From an uncultured Thermoleophilia bacterium (GTDB taxonomy: Bacteria > Actinomycetota > Thermoleophilia > UBA2241), in the NCBI GenBank assembly GCA_963715985.1, contig CAVQSP010000003.1:32001-96000 (forward strand): a DNA stretch of 64,000 nucleotides. The letters run 5' to 3'. A program made the translations under genes and the position numbers. Numbering within the stretch: position 1 is the stretch's first letter; every line of letters starts with the position of its first letter. Shown here piece after piece: positions 54,703-64,000 of the stretch. A model generated the notes under the pieces. It made no database searches, was not told the origin of the DNA, and saw only the letters and a list, made by a program, of their open reading frames with translations.

Positions 54703-54931
54703 CCCGTCGCTCCGCTACGCCCAACCACCGAGGGGCGCGGGGACTGTCCGCCCCCGACCGAGCGCCGGTCAGACCCGGGACCCACCCGGGATGAGGTTCG
54801 GATCGGCGCTTTCAATGGACCGTACGTCTGACAGCATCGTTGCTTGAACACGCGATGCGGACCATGCCTTCCGCCGGCGACCTGGCCACGCCGACGCTGC
54901 CCCAGCGACGCCCCTTGGGCGACCCCCCACC

Positions 54932-55816
54932 TCACACGTTCATCTCGATGGTCTGCGTCATCGAGAAGTCGTGGATCTGCAGGTAGTACCGCACGACCTC
55001 CTCGAGGGCGCCGAGCGGCACCGGACCCACGAGCTCGGCGCTCGCCACTGTCACGCCGTAGCGGGCGGCCTCGGCCTTGATGGCCTCCATCACACGAGGG
55101 ATGGGCGTCTGCGTGTAGTTGGTCAGATTCATGGAGACCTGCGTCATGCCGGTGCCGGTGAGGTCCAGGCCGATGGCGCGCACGTAGCGAAAGCCGCCGT
55201 TGAGGTTGCGGACTGCGTGGGCGATCTTCGTCGCGATGTCGAGCTCGTCGGTACGCAGGTTCACGTTGAAGGCCACGAGGGGGAAGCGCGCCGCGACCTG
55301 CGTGGCTCCCGACTTGGGCACAAACTCCGCCGGTCCTTCATCCGGTCTCCAGAACGGATCCGCGAGCTTCTCCGGCAGCGCCTCGTATTCGCCCTTGCGC
55401 ACGTCGACGAGGTTCCTGCGCTCGGGGCGCGTGGCCGCGTCCTCGTAGTAATACACCGGCACACCGAGGCCGCCCAGGAAGGCGCCGAACTCGCGGGCGA
55501 CGGCCACGGCCTCCTCTGTGGTCGTCTCCCCCACGGGGATGAACGGCACGGTGTCGAGGGCGCCGTGGCGCGGGTGGCTGCCGCTGTGCGTGGTCATGTC
55601 GACCATCTCGAGGACGGCGGCGGCGAACTTCTTGGTCGCCTCGAGCACGGCCTGCGGCTCGCCGAGGTACGAGTACACGGAGCGGTTGTGGTCCTTGTCC
55701 GCGGAGAGGTCGATGAGCTTGACGCCGGGCTGCGCCTTGATGAGCTCGACGAGCTTGTCGACCTTGGCCTGGTCGCGGCCCTCGCTCACGTTGGGCACGC
55801 ACATGAGGATCTTCAT
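54932..55816 (-). CDS. glutamate formiminotransferase
   Basis: CVPNVSEGRD, DKDHNRSV, HPRHGALD, LVAFNVNL, QVSMNL. Confidence 0.9.
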   Translation of the reverse strand: MKILMCVPNVSEGRDQAKVDKLVELIKAQPGVKLIDLSADKDHNRSVYSYLGEPQAVLEATKKFAAAVLEMVDMTTHSGSHPRHGALDTVPFIPVGETTTEEAVAVAREFGAFLGGLGVPVYYYEDAATRPERRNLVDVRKGEYEALPEKLADPFWRPDEGPAEFVPKSGATQVAARFPLVAFNVNLRTDELDIATKIAHAVRNLNGGFRYVRAIGLDLTGTGMTQVSMNLTNYTQTPIPRVMEAIKAEAARYGVTVASAELVGPVPLGALEEVVRYYLQIHDFSMTQTIEMNV

Positions 55817-56469
55817 GATGACTCCTTGGGGGGCGAGGCGGAGGCGGACGCCGGCGGAGCCTCCGCGCGGAGGCGCAGCTCCGCGGCTTCGGCGAGCAGG
55901 GCCCGGGCCTCCGGCACGTCGTCCATGCCGGCCACGTTGACGTCGATGTTGGCGGCGGCGCCGAGCACGCCGACCTCGGCGAGCCGCAGGGCCACCGCGA
56001 GATCTGAGGCGGCCGAGTCGTTGGAGCGGCCGCTGAGCTCGCGGCACAGGTCCAGCACCTTGGCGGCGCGGCGCGCGTTGTCGCGCGGCACCGTGGCGGC
56101 GGCGATGAGGGCGCCCTGGATGGCCGCCTGCCGCGCCGCCTTCTCGGCCTCGTCGCCCTTGGGCAGCGAGTACGCGGCCTTGATGAGCGAGTAGGCGGCC
56201 GCGTCGGCGGCGGCGCCCTCGGCGAGCGCGTCGCGCAGCTCCTCGGCCTCGGCCGCGCAGGCGCGGTAGCGCTCGTCGCCGAGCTCCAGGCCCTTGCCCA
56301 CGGAGAGGCGGGCCACCATACCCATCAGGCCCGCCGCCATGGCGCCGGAGAGGGCGGCGGCGGAGCCGCCGCCCGTTGTGGCGTCGCCGGCGTCCAGGAT
56401 GAGCGCCAGGACGCCGTGCAGCTCGTCGCTCACGTGCGGCCGTGCGCCGCCGTCGTCCTGCGCAGCCAT
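55813..56469 (-). CDS. formiminotetrahydrofolate cyclodeaminase family
   Basis: GGGSAAALSGAMAAGL, AYSLPK, SDLAVA, NIDVN. Confidence 0.85.
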   Translation of the reverse strand: MAAQDDGGARPHVSDELHGVLALILDAGDATTGGGSAAALSGAMAAGLMGMVARLSVGKGLELGDERYRACAAEAEELRDALAEGAAADAAAYSLIKAAYSLPKGDEAEKAARQAAIQGALIAAATVPRDNARRAAKVLDLCRELSGRSNDSAASDLAVALRLAEVGVLGAAANIDVNVAGMDDVPEARALLAEAAELRLRAEAPPASASASPPKESS

Positions 56470-57749
56470 CAGTCGCCCGCCCGGTGGCGCTCGACGACCA
56501 GCTCGCCGCGCTTGTAGACGCGCTCCACCACGTTGCCTCCCAGCCTGTAGATGGCGTGCTCGTACTGCGGCACGTCCCAGATCTGCACGTCGGCAAGCTT
56601 ACCCGCTGCCAGCACTCCTCGGTCATCGAGGGCGAGGGCGCGGGCGCCGCCGGCGGTGGCCGCCCACACGGCCTCCGCCGGGCTCATGCGGTAGAGCCGG
56701 CAGGCGAGCGCCATGACGAACTGCTGCGACTCTGCCCAGCAGCCGGGGCAGATGTCCGTGGCCAGGGCGAGCGTCATGCCGGCGGCGATGAGGGTGCGGG
56801 CGTCGAACGGGCGCGGGTGACGCACGGCGAAGTCGAGGGCAGGCATGATGACACCGACCACGCCGGCCGCAGCCATCTTCTCCATCACCTCGGGCGGCGT
56901 GAAGTTGAGGTGGTCGGCCGAGACCATGCGCATCTCGGCGGCCACATCGGTGCCGCCGATGTACGAGTAGGCGTCGGCGTGGATCTTGGGCTCCATGCCG
57001 GCGGCGCGGCACGCCTCCAGGATGCGCCGTGACTCCTCCGCCGTGTAGTAGCCGTCGTCGCACCACACGTCGGCGAACTCGGCGAGACCCTCTTGCGCGA
57101 TCAGAGGGGTCATCTCCTCACAGAGGATGTCGATGTAGCGGTCCCGCGCCACCTCGGGCGGGAAGCCGTGCGCCCCGAGGAACGTGGAGAGCACGTCGAC
57201 CGGCGAGGCGGCGTCGAGCGCCCTGTTGACGCGCAGCAGCTCGAGCTCCGTCTCGGTGGCGAGGCCGTAGCCGCTCTTGCTCTCGACCGTGGTGGTGCCG
57301 GCGGCGAGCATCCCGCTGAGGCGCACCGCGGACTGGGCGAGAAGCTCCAGCGAGGTCGCCTCGCGCGTGCGCGACACCGTCTCCATGGGGCCGACGCCGA
57401 TGCCGCGCGCGCGGATGGCGTCCATGTCGGAGGTCGTCATCTTGGCGGCGTACTCGTCCACGCGGGAGCCGCCGAACACGAGGTGCGTGTGGCTGTCCAC
57501 GAAGCCCGGCGCCACCACCTTGCCGCGCGCGTCCACGACCTCGGCGGCGGAGCAGTCCGCGGCCGCCTCGACGGCCGCGCGGCCGCCGGCCGCCAGGATG
57601 GTCTCGCCGGCGATGGCCAGCCAGCCGCCGGCGACGACGCCCGCGTCGTACTCGTCGCCGGCGCACGTGACCAGCTGCGCTGCGTCGGCGATCACCAGGT
57701 CGGCGCGCGGACGCCGGCCGCCACCAGCCGTCGTCTCGCCCTCAGACAT
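56469..57749 (-). CDS. hutI: imidazolonepropionase-like amidohydrolase (variant)
   Basis: PGFVDSHTH, GTTTVESKSGYG, LGAH, KIHAD, SADHL, ALATD. Confidence 0.82.
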   Translation of the reverse strand: MSEGETTAGGGRRPRADLVIADAAQLVTCAGDEYDAGVVAGGWLAIAGETILAAGGRAAVEAAADCSAAEVVDARGKVVAPGFVDSHTHLVFGGSRVDEYAAKMTTSDMDAIRARGIGVGPMETVSRTREATSLELLAQSAVRLSGMLAAGTTTVESKSGYGLATETELELLRVNRALDAASPVDVLSTFLGAHGFPPEVARDRYIDILCEEMTPLIAQEGLAEFADVWCDDGYYTAEESRRILEACRAAGMEPKIHADAYSYIGGTDVAAEMRMVSADHLNFTPPEVMEKMAAAGVVGVIMPALDFAVRHPRPFDARTLIAAGMTLALATDICPGCWAESQQFVMALACRLYRMSPAEAVWAATAGGARALALDDRGVLAAGKLADVQIWDVPQYEHAIYRLGGNVVERVYKRGELVVERHRAGD

Positions 57750-57781
57750 CGTCACCCTCGCCGTTGACGATCGCTGGGCCG

Positions 57782-59503
57782 TCAGCCCTCGAGGTCCCGC
57801 GGCCCGAACGTCGCCTTGCGCGTCCACCAGAGCGGCACCTTGATGCTCTCGTCGGTGAGCGGACCCGCCCGTTGGCCACGTCCCTGGCGGCCTCGTAGCC
57901 GGCCTGGGCGTGACGGATCACGCCGATGCCGGAGTCCACCGTCAGCGACACGGAGAGTCGCAGGTCGGCCTCCTCGGTGCCGTCGGCGATCATCGTGACG
58001 CCGGTGTGCACGGCCTCGCCCATCGAGTAGTTCGCCTGGCCGGCGATGAGGTCGGCCATGCCGCAGGAGTTCAGAAGGCCGTTGAGCACCGGCCAGTCGC
58101 TGATGAGGTCGCCGCCGTCCGCCATGTTCTCGGACTCGAACGTCGGGTTCACGATGGAGCCGGAGTCGAGGTTGTCGCGGGAGAAGGCCACCGGCCCCTT
58201 GACCTCGCCCTTGCGGATCAGGTCGTTGACGGCCAGGCCGAACTTCTTGCGCTGGCCGAAGCCCAGGTAGCAGATGCGCGCCGGCAGCGCCTCGATCGGG
58301 ATGTGCTCGCGGGCCAGCTTGATCCAGCGCGTCACCAGCAGGTCGTCGGCGAACAGCTCGAGGCAGAGGTCGTCGAGGCGCGCCAGGTCGCTCGCCTCGC
58401 CGCTCACGCAGGTCCAGCGGAACGGGCCCCGGCCCTCGCAGAACAGCGGGCGGATGTACTCGCTGACGAAGCCGGGGATCGTCATGGCCTCCGCCTCGGG
58501 CATGCCGGCGTCGCGGCACTCCTTGCGGATGCTGGTGCCGTACTCGAACGTGGGCACGCCGGCGGCGAAGAACTTGTTCATCGTGCGCAGCTGGCTCATC
58601 ATGCTCTCCCGCGCGCGCCGCAGGTACTCCTCACGGTTCTCGACGCGCAGCACAGCGGCCTCGTCCGGAGTGAGGCCCGCCGGGATGTACGAGATGGGGT
58701 CGTGGCACGGGCACATCTCAGTGACGATGTCCGGCCGGAAGCCCTTGTCGTAGGCCTCCTGGAACAGCTCCGCCGCGTTGCCCACCACGGCGATGCCGAG
58801 CGGCTTGCCCTCGGCGGCCGTCTTCTTCGCCAGCTCGATGGCCTCGTCCAGCGAGCCGACCTTGCACGTCGATGAACTTCTTCTCGATGCGGCGGTCGAT
58901 GACGCGTTGGTCGGCGTCCACCACGATGCCCACGCCGCCGTGCATCGTCATGGCGCGCGTCTGGTTGCCGCCCATGCCGCCGGCGCCGGCGGTGAGCAGG
59001 ATGCGGCCCACGAGCGAGTCGTCGTAGCACTTGCGGGCGATGGCCGAGAACGTCTCGAAGGTCCCCTGGATCACGCCCTGCGTGCCGATGTACTCCCACG
59101 GGCCGGCCGTGTACTGGGCGAACATCGTGAGGTTCTTGTCCTGCAGGTCGTAGAAGATGGGCCAGGTGGCCTTCATGATGTTGGTGTTGGCCATCACCAC
59201 GCGCGGCGCCAGCCGGTGCGTCTGGAACACGGCCACCGGCATGCCGGACTGCACCACGAGGGTCTCCTCATCGCCCAGCTCCTTGAGCGCCGCGACGATG
59301 GCGTGGTACGACTCCCAGTTGCGCGCGCACTTGCCGATGCCGCCGTAGATGACGAGCTCCTCCGGCTTCTCGGCGTTCTCCATGTTGTTCTCGAGCATGC
59401 GCAGGATCGTCTCCTGCTTCCAGCCTTTGCAGCGCAGCGTGGGGCCGCGCTGGGCCTTCACGGAGTAGAGGATCTCGGGCTTGGGTGTCTGGGAGTCGGC
59501 CAT
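57782..59503 (-). CDS. hutU: urocanate hydratase-family protein (variant; compensating indels near 58865 and 57868)
   Basis: ELVIYGGIGKCARNW, YIGTQG, GGMGGNQ, YIRPLFCEGRGPFRW, RHAQAGY. Confidence 0.85.
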
Positions 59504-59631
59504 TGGTCTCAATCCCTTTCTGAGCGTCGGCGTTCGCGCGGGCCCGCAGAGAGGGCGCGGCCACGGGGGCGCGAGCGGGCACGCCTACACTGATGGGGCC
59601 GCGCCCACGGCGCAACGAGGCATCGCCGTGT

Positions 59632-59645
59632 TCCCATATGTGGGA
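59632..59645. promoter_or_regulatory. TCCCA-TATG-TGGGA palindrome between hutU-like gene and IclR regulator
   Basis: inverted repeat in the divergent intergenic region; candidate IclR operator. Confidence 0.45.
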
Positions 59646-59758
59646 CTGGATTTCCGCGGCGCGACAGACGACGGAGCCTGCCGAGTCGCGTATCATGGTC
59701 TTGCCGGGTGCGGGCGGACCGCCCCGAGTGCGACATGTGCAGGCTGCGGGAGGCTGTT

Positions 59759-60640
59759 TTGACGACGCGACCAGTGGACGACGACGAGCTGACGGGCGGC
59801 GGCGTACCCGCGCGTTCGGCGGCCCGCGCGTTCGACATTCTGGAATACCTCAGCCGGCGCACGCAGCCGGCCTCGTCCGGCACCATCGGTCTGGAGTGCG
59901 GCATCCCCAAGTCCAGCCTGCACAACCTGCTGAACCTGATGAAGAAGCGCCGCCTCGTCACGCACCACCCCCACGACAAGACGTGGAGCCTGGGCCCGCG
60001 CCTGTTCGAACTGACGCCGGAGGCGCCGCTGCTGGTGCACGCTCTCGCCGTGCTGCGCGCCTTCGCCGCGAGCCCCACCGGGCTCACCCTGCGGGAGATG
60101 GGGCTGCGCGCCGAGCTGCCGCAGGCCGTGGTGAGGCGCGTCGTCCCGGTGATGGAGGAGGCCGACCTGCTGTGGGCCCAGCCCGACGGCAGCTACCGGC
60201 TGGGCCTCGAGCTCTTCAGCCTCGCCGCCCAGGTCGCCTGGGTGGACCGCCTGCGGGTGCTGGCGCGGCCGGTGCTCACGCAGCTCCGCGACTCCACCCG
60301 CGAGACGGCCAACCTGGCGGTGATGGACGGCGATCTCGCGATCTACGTGGAGCAGGTGGAGAGCCGCCAGGCGCTGCGGTACGGCGGCTGGCTGGGGCGC
60401 CGCATCTCCCTCGAGGGCACGGCGCTCGGGGCGGCCCTGCGCGATCCGTCCCAGGTGCACATGGCCGACGGCGCCGTGGAAGAGGGTGTCATGGCCATAG
60501 CCTGCGGCGTGGAGGGCACGTTCCCGCCGGCGGCCGTGAGCCTGCTCGCCCCCAGCTGGCGCATCGAGCGCTGGGGCACGGAGTCGGCCGGCCGCCTGGT
60601 GGCTGCCGCCGCGCGACAGCTGGCAGACCTGCTGGCCTGA
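59759..60640 (+). CDS. IclR family regulator with two tandem HTH domains
   Basis: RAFDILEYL...IPKSSLHNLL...WSLGPRL, second unit ALAVLRAF...YRLGLEL, then LRDSTRETANLA, TALG; start codon uncertain. Confidence 0.82.
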   Translation: MTTRPVDDDELTGGGVPARSAARAFDILEYLSRRTQPASSGTIGLECGIPKSSLHNLLNLMKKRRLVTHHPHDKTWSLGPRLFELTPEAPLLVHALAVLRAFAASPTGLTLREMGLRAELPQAVVRRVVPVMEEADLLWAQPDGSYRLGLELFSLAAQVAWVDRLRVLARPVLTQLRDSTRETANLAVMDGDLAIYVEQVESRQALRYGGWLGRRISLEGTALGAALRDPSQVHMADGAVEEGVMAIACGVEGTFPPAAVSLLAPSWRIERWGTESAGRLVAAAARQLADLLA

Positions 60641-60757
60641 CGCCGCCGGCTCGGCGCCACACCCGCCGCCCCGCGCCCGCGCCGCCCGCGCACACGCCGC
60701 CCGCCCCGCGCCGCCCGCGCCGCCCGCGCACCCGCGCCGCCCCCGCGCCCGCGCCGC
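60641..60757. repeat. low-complexity C/G-rich tandem repeat
   Basis: reiterated CGCCGCCCGCG / CCCGCGC units. Confidence 0.6.
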
Positions 60758-60803
60758 GATTGCCACCCTCGTCAGTCGCGCAGTCTGGCTCTACGATGCG
60801 GAC

Positions 60804-61259
60804 GTGGCAGGTCCAGACGCATACCTCATTGAGAGCACACCTCTCATCGTCCCCATCTCGGAGCTTCGCCTCGACGCCGCCGGCGTGTTGCGACAGGCAT
60901 CAGGCTCCAGCAGACCCGTCTACGTGACGCAGCGCGGCCGCCTCACCGCCGTCCTGCTGGCGCGCCCGATGTACGAGCGTCTCATCCGCGAGCACGAGAT
61001 CCTGTGCCGGATGGTGCGGGGCGACCTCGACGTGGTCCCTGAGCCCGGCGCGGCGCTCGAGGAGGTCCTGCGACGCGGAGAGCGCGCCCTCGCGGAGGAG
61101 CGCCTCGCCACGGCGCGTGAGCTGGCGGCCGAGGCGCGCCGCCTGGAGGATCGTGAGCGCGAGCCTCCCGAGCGTCAGGCGGAATGCACACTGGAGGCGT
61201 TCTTCGAAGAGTTCGGCATCGAACCCACGTGGCCGGGCGGAACCGCCTCCGGGACGTGA
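60804..61259 (+). CDS. Phd/YefM family antitoxin-like protein
   Basis: IVPISELR...RPVYVTQRGRLTAVLL...YERL matches the Phd/YefM N-terminal pattern. Confidence 0.7.
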   Translation: MAGPDAYLIESTPLIVPISELRLDAAGVLRQASGSSRPVYVTQRGRLTAVLLARPMYERLIREHEILCRMVRGDLDVVPEPGAALEEVLRRGERALAEERLATARELAAEARRLEDREREPPERQAECTLEAFFEEFGIEPTWPGGTASGT

Positions 61260-61420
61260 CTCGCAAAGGCGTCCGACGCGCCTCAGCCGCTGCCCCGCCG
61301 GTACGCGCGTACGGCCCGCCGGAGGGCATTGTCCGAACCGCGATTTCAAGCAAGAACACCGTTGCACGTACGCTCAGTTGAAACAGCGGGTTCGAATGTC
61401 CGTCGCGGCCGGGGGGGCGC

Positions 61421-61520
61421 AGGCCCGGGCGGGAGCACGCAGGCCCGGGCGGGAGCACGCAGGTTCGGGCCGGGGGCGCGGGTTCGGGCCAGGGGGCGCA
61501 GGGTCGAGCGGAGGCGTTCA
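61421..61520. repeat. 20-nt tandem repeat (AGGCCCGGGCGGGAGCACGC x2 plus degenerate copies)
   Basis: exact copies at 61421-61440 and 61441-61460, then decaying units. Confidence 0.65.
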
Positions 61521-61522
61521 GG

Positions 61523-62921
61523 TCAGGCCGTGATGCGGGTCGCCAGCCGCTCGAAGAACTCCGCCTGGAGCCGCAGGTCGTCGACGGCGATGCGTTCGTC
61601 CACGCCGTGCAGCCGCCGGGCCACCTCGCGGAAGTCCTCGCGTACGTAGGGGCAGAATCCGTAGGCGACCGCCGCCGGGAAGGCTTCGCGCACATGCGCC
61701 GAGTCCGTGAACCACGAGCCGAGCTCACCGATCACGCGGGAGCCGGGCACCACCTCGTTCAGCGTGGCGGCGATGGCGTCGCGTAGCGGACCCGCAGGGG
61801 TCGAGCGATTGCCGGACACGATGTCGCAGGAGAGCAGTGACCACTCGGCCGTGACGCCGGACAGGGCGCGCTCGAGCTCGCGGCGGACGTCCTCCTCCGT
61901 CTGCTCCGGCAGGATGCGGCAGTCTACGTGCACCTCCGCCGCCGGCGGGATGACGTTGACGGCGTCACCCTGCGTGCGCACCACGGTGGCGACGAACGTG
62001 AGGCCCAGCAGCGGCTCGATGAGGGCGGCCAGCCCGGCGTCGCCGGCCGCCAGCTCGCGCACCGCGCGCTGCGCCGTCGCGGGGTCCTTGAGGCGCTCGC
62101 GCAGGGCGCCGTCCTCGACGGTCAGGTCGATGAGCTCCCCGGGGATCGACGCCTCATCGACCTCGGGCTCGTAGGCGTCGAGCGCGGCCAGGACCGCGGC
62201 CAGGCCGCTCACCGCATTGCCCTGGTGCAGCGGCATGGAGCCGTGGGCGGCGCGACCCGTCACGCGGATCTTCGTGTTGGCGTAGCCCTTCTCGCCGGTG
62301 TGGAGTATGAACAGCGGGCCGGCGGGGGCGTGCGGCATGCTCCAGCCGCCCTCGTTCACCGTGAAGTCCGCGCGCAGCAGGTCCGGGTGGTGCGCGAGCA
62401 GCCAGCGTGCCCCACAGCGCACACCGGTCTCCTCGTCCGCGGTGGCCGCGAAGACGAGGTCGCCGCGAAGCGGCGACCCGGCGGCGGCGCGGCGCGCCAG
62501 ACGGACGAAGGCGACCGCCTGCGCGGCCAGCTGGTGCTTCATGTCCACGGCGCCGCGTCCCCACACGTAGCCGTCGCGGACGCGGCCGGAGAAGGGCGGC
62601 TCCTGCCAGCCCCGCCCGTCGGCCGGCACGACGTCGAGGTGCCCGAGCAGGAGCAGTGAGCGCCCGCCGCCGCTGCCGCGCAGGCGGGCGACGCAGTTGC
62701 CGACCTCGGGGGCCTCGCCGACGGTCGTGGCCTCCACTCCGTGGGCGGCGAAGAACTCCGTCAGCACCGCGAGCGCCGGGCGCACGTCGCCCGGCGGGTT
62801 GCTGGTGTCGGCGCGGATGAGCCGGGCCAGCAGGTCGACGACCTCGGCCGGGTCGCCGTCGGGGCGGGGCGGGTCGCGGGGCGGAGGCGTCCGGGGACCC
62901 GGCGGCGCGCGGGTCGTCCAC
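61523..62921 (-). CDS. M20/M25/M40 metallopeptidase (probable frameshift near the 5' end)
   Basis: LLGHLDVVP, WGRGAVDMK, ADEE, NEGG, AHGSMP, HGVDER; nearest start (GTG 62921) is one frame off. Confidence 0.85.
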
Positions 62922-62936
62922 GGCGGCTCGCGCGGC

Positions 62937-63569
62937 TCAGCCGCCGCGCGCGAGCTCCTGGACGGCCGGCCAGACACGCTCCATGATGCCGGCCGTCTCG
63001 GCGGTGATCTCGGCGGCGCGCGCCAGCAGGGCGTCACGCGCCGCCTCGTCCTTGAGCGACGGCACGTTGATCTCCACGTTGAGCACGCCGCCGGCCACGC
63101 CGGTCGCAGCCATCTGGGCCGCGACACCGAGGTCGCTGGCCGCCGCGCTGTTGAAGCCGCCGCAGACCGTCTCGATGATCCGCAGGACCTCGAGGCACTC
63201 CTCGGCGGTGGCCAGCGGCACGTCGGCCGCGTTGCGGATGGCCACCTGGATCTGCGCAGACCGCGCCGCCTTCTCGTCGTCGGTCTGCTTGGGCAGCCGG
63301 TACGCCGCGACGACGTCCAGATAGGCGTCGGTGTCGCGGTCGACGGCCGCCATCAGCGCGGCGCGCAGCTCTTCGACACGCGCCAGCGCCTGCTCCAGGC
63401 CGGCCTGCCCGTCCTCGAGGCCGGCCCGGCCCAGACTCAGCCGGCAGACCATGGCCACGAGGCCGGCGGCCATGCCGCCGGCGGCCGCGGCCACGCTGCC
63501 GCCGCCAGGGGCCGGGGAGTCCGTCGCCAGCTCGGCGGCGAACCCCGACAGTGTCAGTTCAGTGAGCAT
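62937..63569 (-). CDS. second formiminotetrahydrofolate cyclodeaminase-family protein
   Basis: SPAPGGGSVAA, AYRLPK, SDLGVA, LNVEIN. Confidence 0.88.
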   Translation of the reverse strand: MLTELTLSGFAAELATDSPAPGGGSVAAAAGGMAAGLVAMVCRLSLGRAGLEDGQAGLEQALARVEELRAALMAAVDRDTDAYLDVVAAYRLPKQTDDEKAARSAQIQVAIRNAADVPLATAEECLEVLRIIETVCGGFNSAAASDLGVAAQMAATGVAGGVLNVEINVPSLKDEAARDALLARAAEITAETAGIMERVWPAVQELARGG

Positions 63570-63610
63570 GTGCTCCTCCGCATCGATTCAGGTTGACCGT
63601 GGGCGCGGGC

Positions 63611-64000
63611 TCACCCCACCACCGGCAGGCAGTCGCCGCCGTAGGGCAGCAGCCCGATGGTCCCGTCCGGGACCATCTCGATGGCGCGATCCACGGCGGC
63701 CTGCAGGTCCGGGTGGCGTTCGTACCCGAGCAGGGCGACGTCGTCGTCGGCCAGACCGTCGCTCACCAGCAGGATCCTGGCCTTCTCGCGGATCTTGGCG
63801 TTGTCCACGCCGAGGTCGGCGGCGATGAGGTCGGCCGCGGGGTCGGACGGGTCGGCGGCCTTGATCAGCTCGATCCCTTCCGCGAACGACGTCCTCAGCC
63901 AGTCGCGCAGCTTGGGATGGTTGTGTTCGAGGCCCTCCGGGCACGGCGTGCAGAACACGATCACGCCGCCCTCCTTGACCGCGAAGTACGCGGCGATGAG
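63611..64000 (-). CDS. LarA (nickel-pincer lactate racemase) family protein, C-terminal part
   Basis: AVKEGGVIVFCTPCPEG and C-terminal LPYGG; runs off the window edge. Confidence 0.6.
   Translation of the reverse strand, partial: LIAAYFAVKEGGVIVFCTPCPEGLEHNHPKLRDWLRTSFAEGIELIKAADPSDPAADLIAADLGVDNAKIREKARILLVSDGLADDDVALLGYERHPDLQAAVDRAIEMVPDGTIGLLPYGGDCLPVVG

Noticed and set aside
61385-61401. GGGTTCGAATGTCC as a tRNA T-arm or tRNA-Pyl
   Set aside because: No cloverleaf, CUA anticodon arm or acceptor stem; it is one arm of an inverted repeat.
61421-61520. Tandem repeats as a CRISPR array
   Set aside because: Adjacent 20-nt units with no unique spacers and no cas genes.

Overview
GC-rich (about 70% by eye) bacterial window, gene-dense and devoted to amine and amino-acid catabolism; lineage cannot be fixed from the sequence (an anaerobic actinobacterium is only a guess). 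Left to right: propionyl-CoA carboxylase / methylmalonyl-CoA mutase / MeaB / epimerase; an amidase plus DmpA-like and NylB-like hydrolases with a peptide ABC transporter; a corrinoid methyltransferase island (Pyl-free MtmB-like enzyme, corrinoid protein, LysA-fold decarboxylase, four MttB paralogues, PrpE, class III aminotransferase, methylmalonate-semialdehyde dehydrogenase, two TetR regulators); a second peptide ABC system; a xanthine-dehydrogenase-family trio; serine-dehydratase-like and enolase-superfamily enzymes; a variant hut-like operon ending in a fifth MttB homologue; and an M20 peptidase / cyclodeaminase / LarA-like end. Main result: three MttB genes that the ORF track splits in two each carry an in-frame TAG at codon 327, the known pyrrolysine position (AG[L/Q]-O-GDSKVVDAQSGHEKT), which points to genetic-code expansion with pyrrolysine. 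Each TAG is followed by a near-invariant ~110-nt block that can fold into hairpins, while TAG still ends several neighbouring genes. Also seen: a CACCA-N6-TGGTG operator just downstream of the -10 box of four promoters, and coordinated active-site changes in HutH/HutU/HutI homologues suggesting a non-histidine (possibly N-methylated) substrate. About 13 single-base frameshifts look like sequencing or assembly errors. I saw no pylTSBCD, tRNA, rRNA, CRISPR array or transposase.
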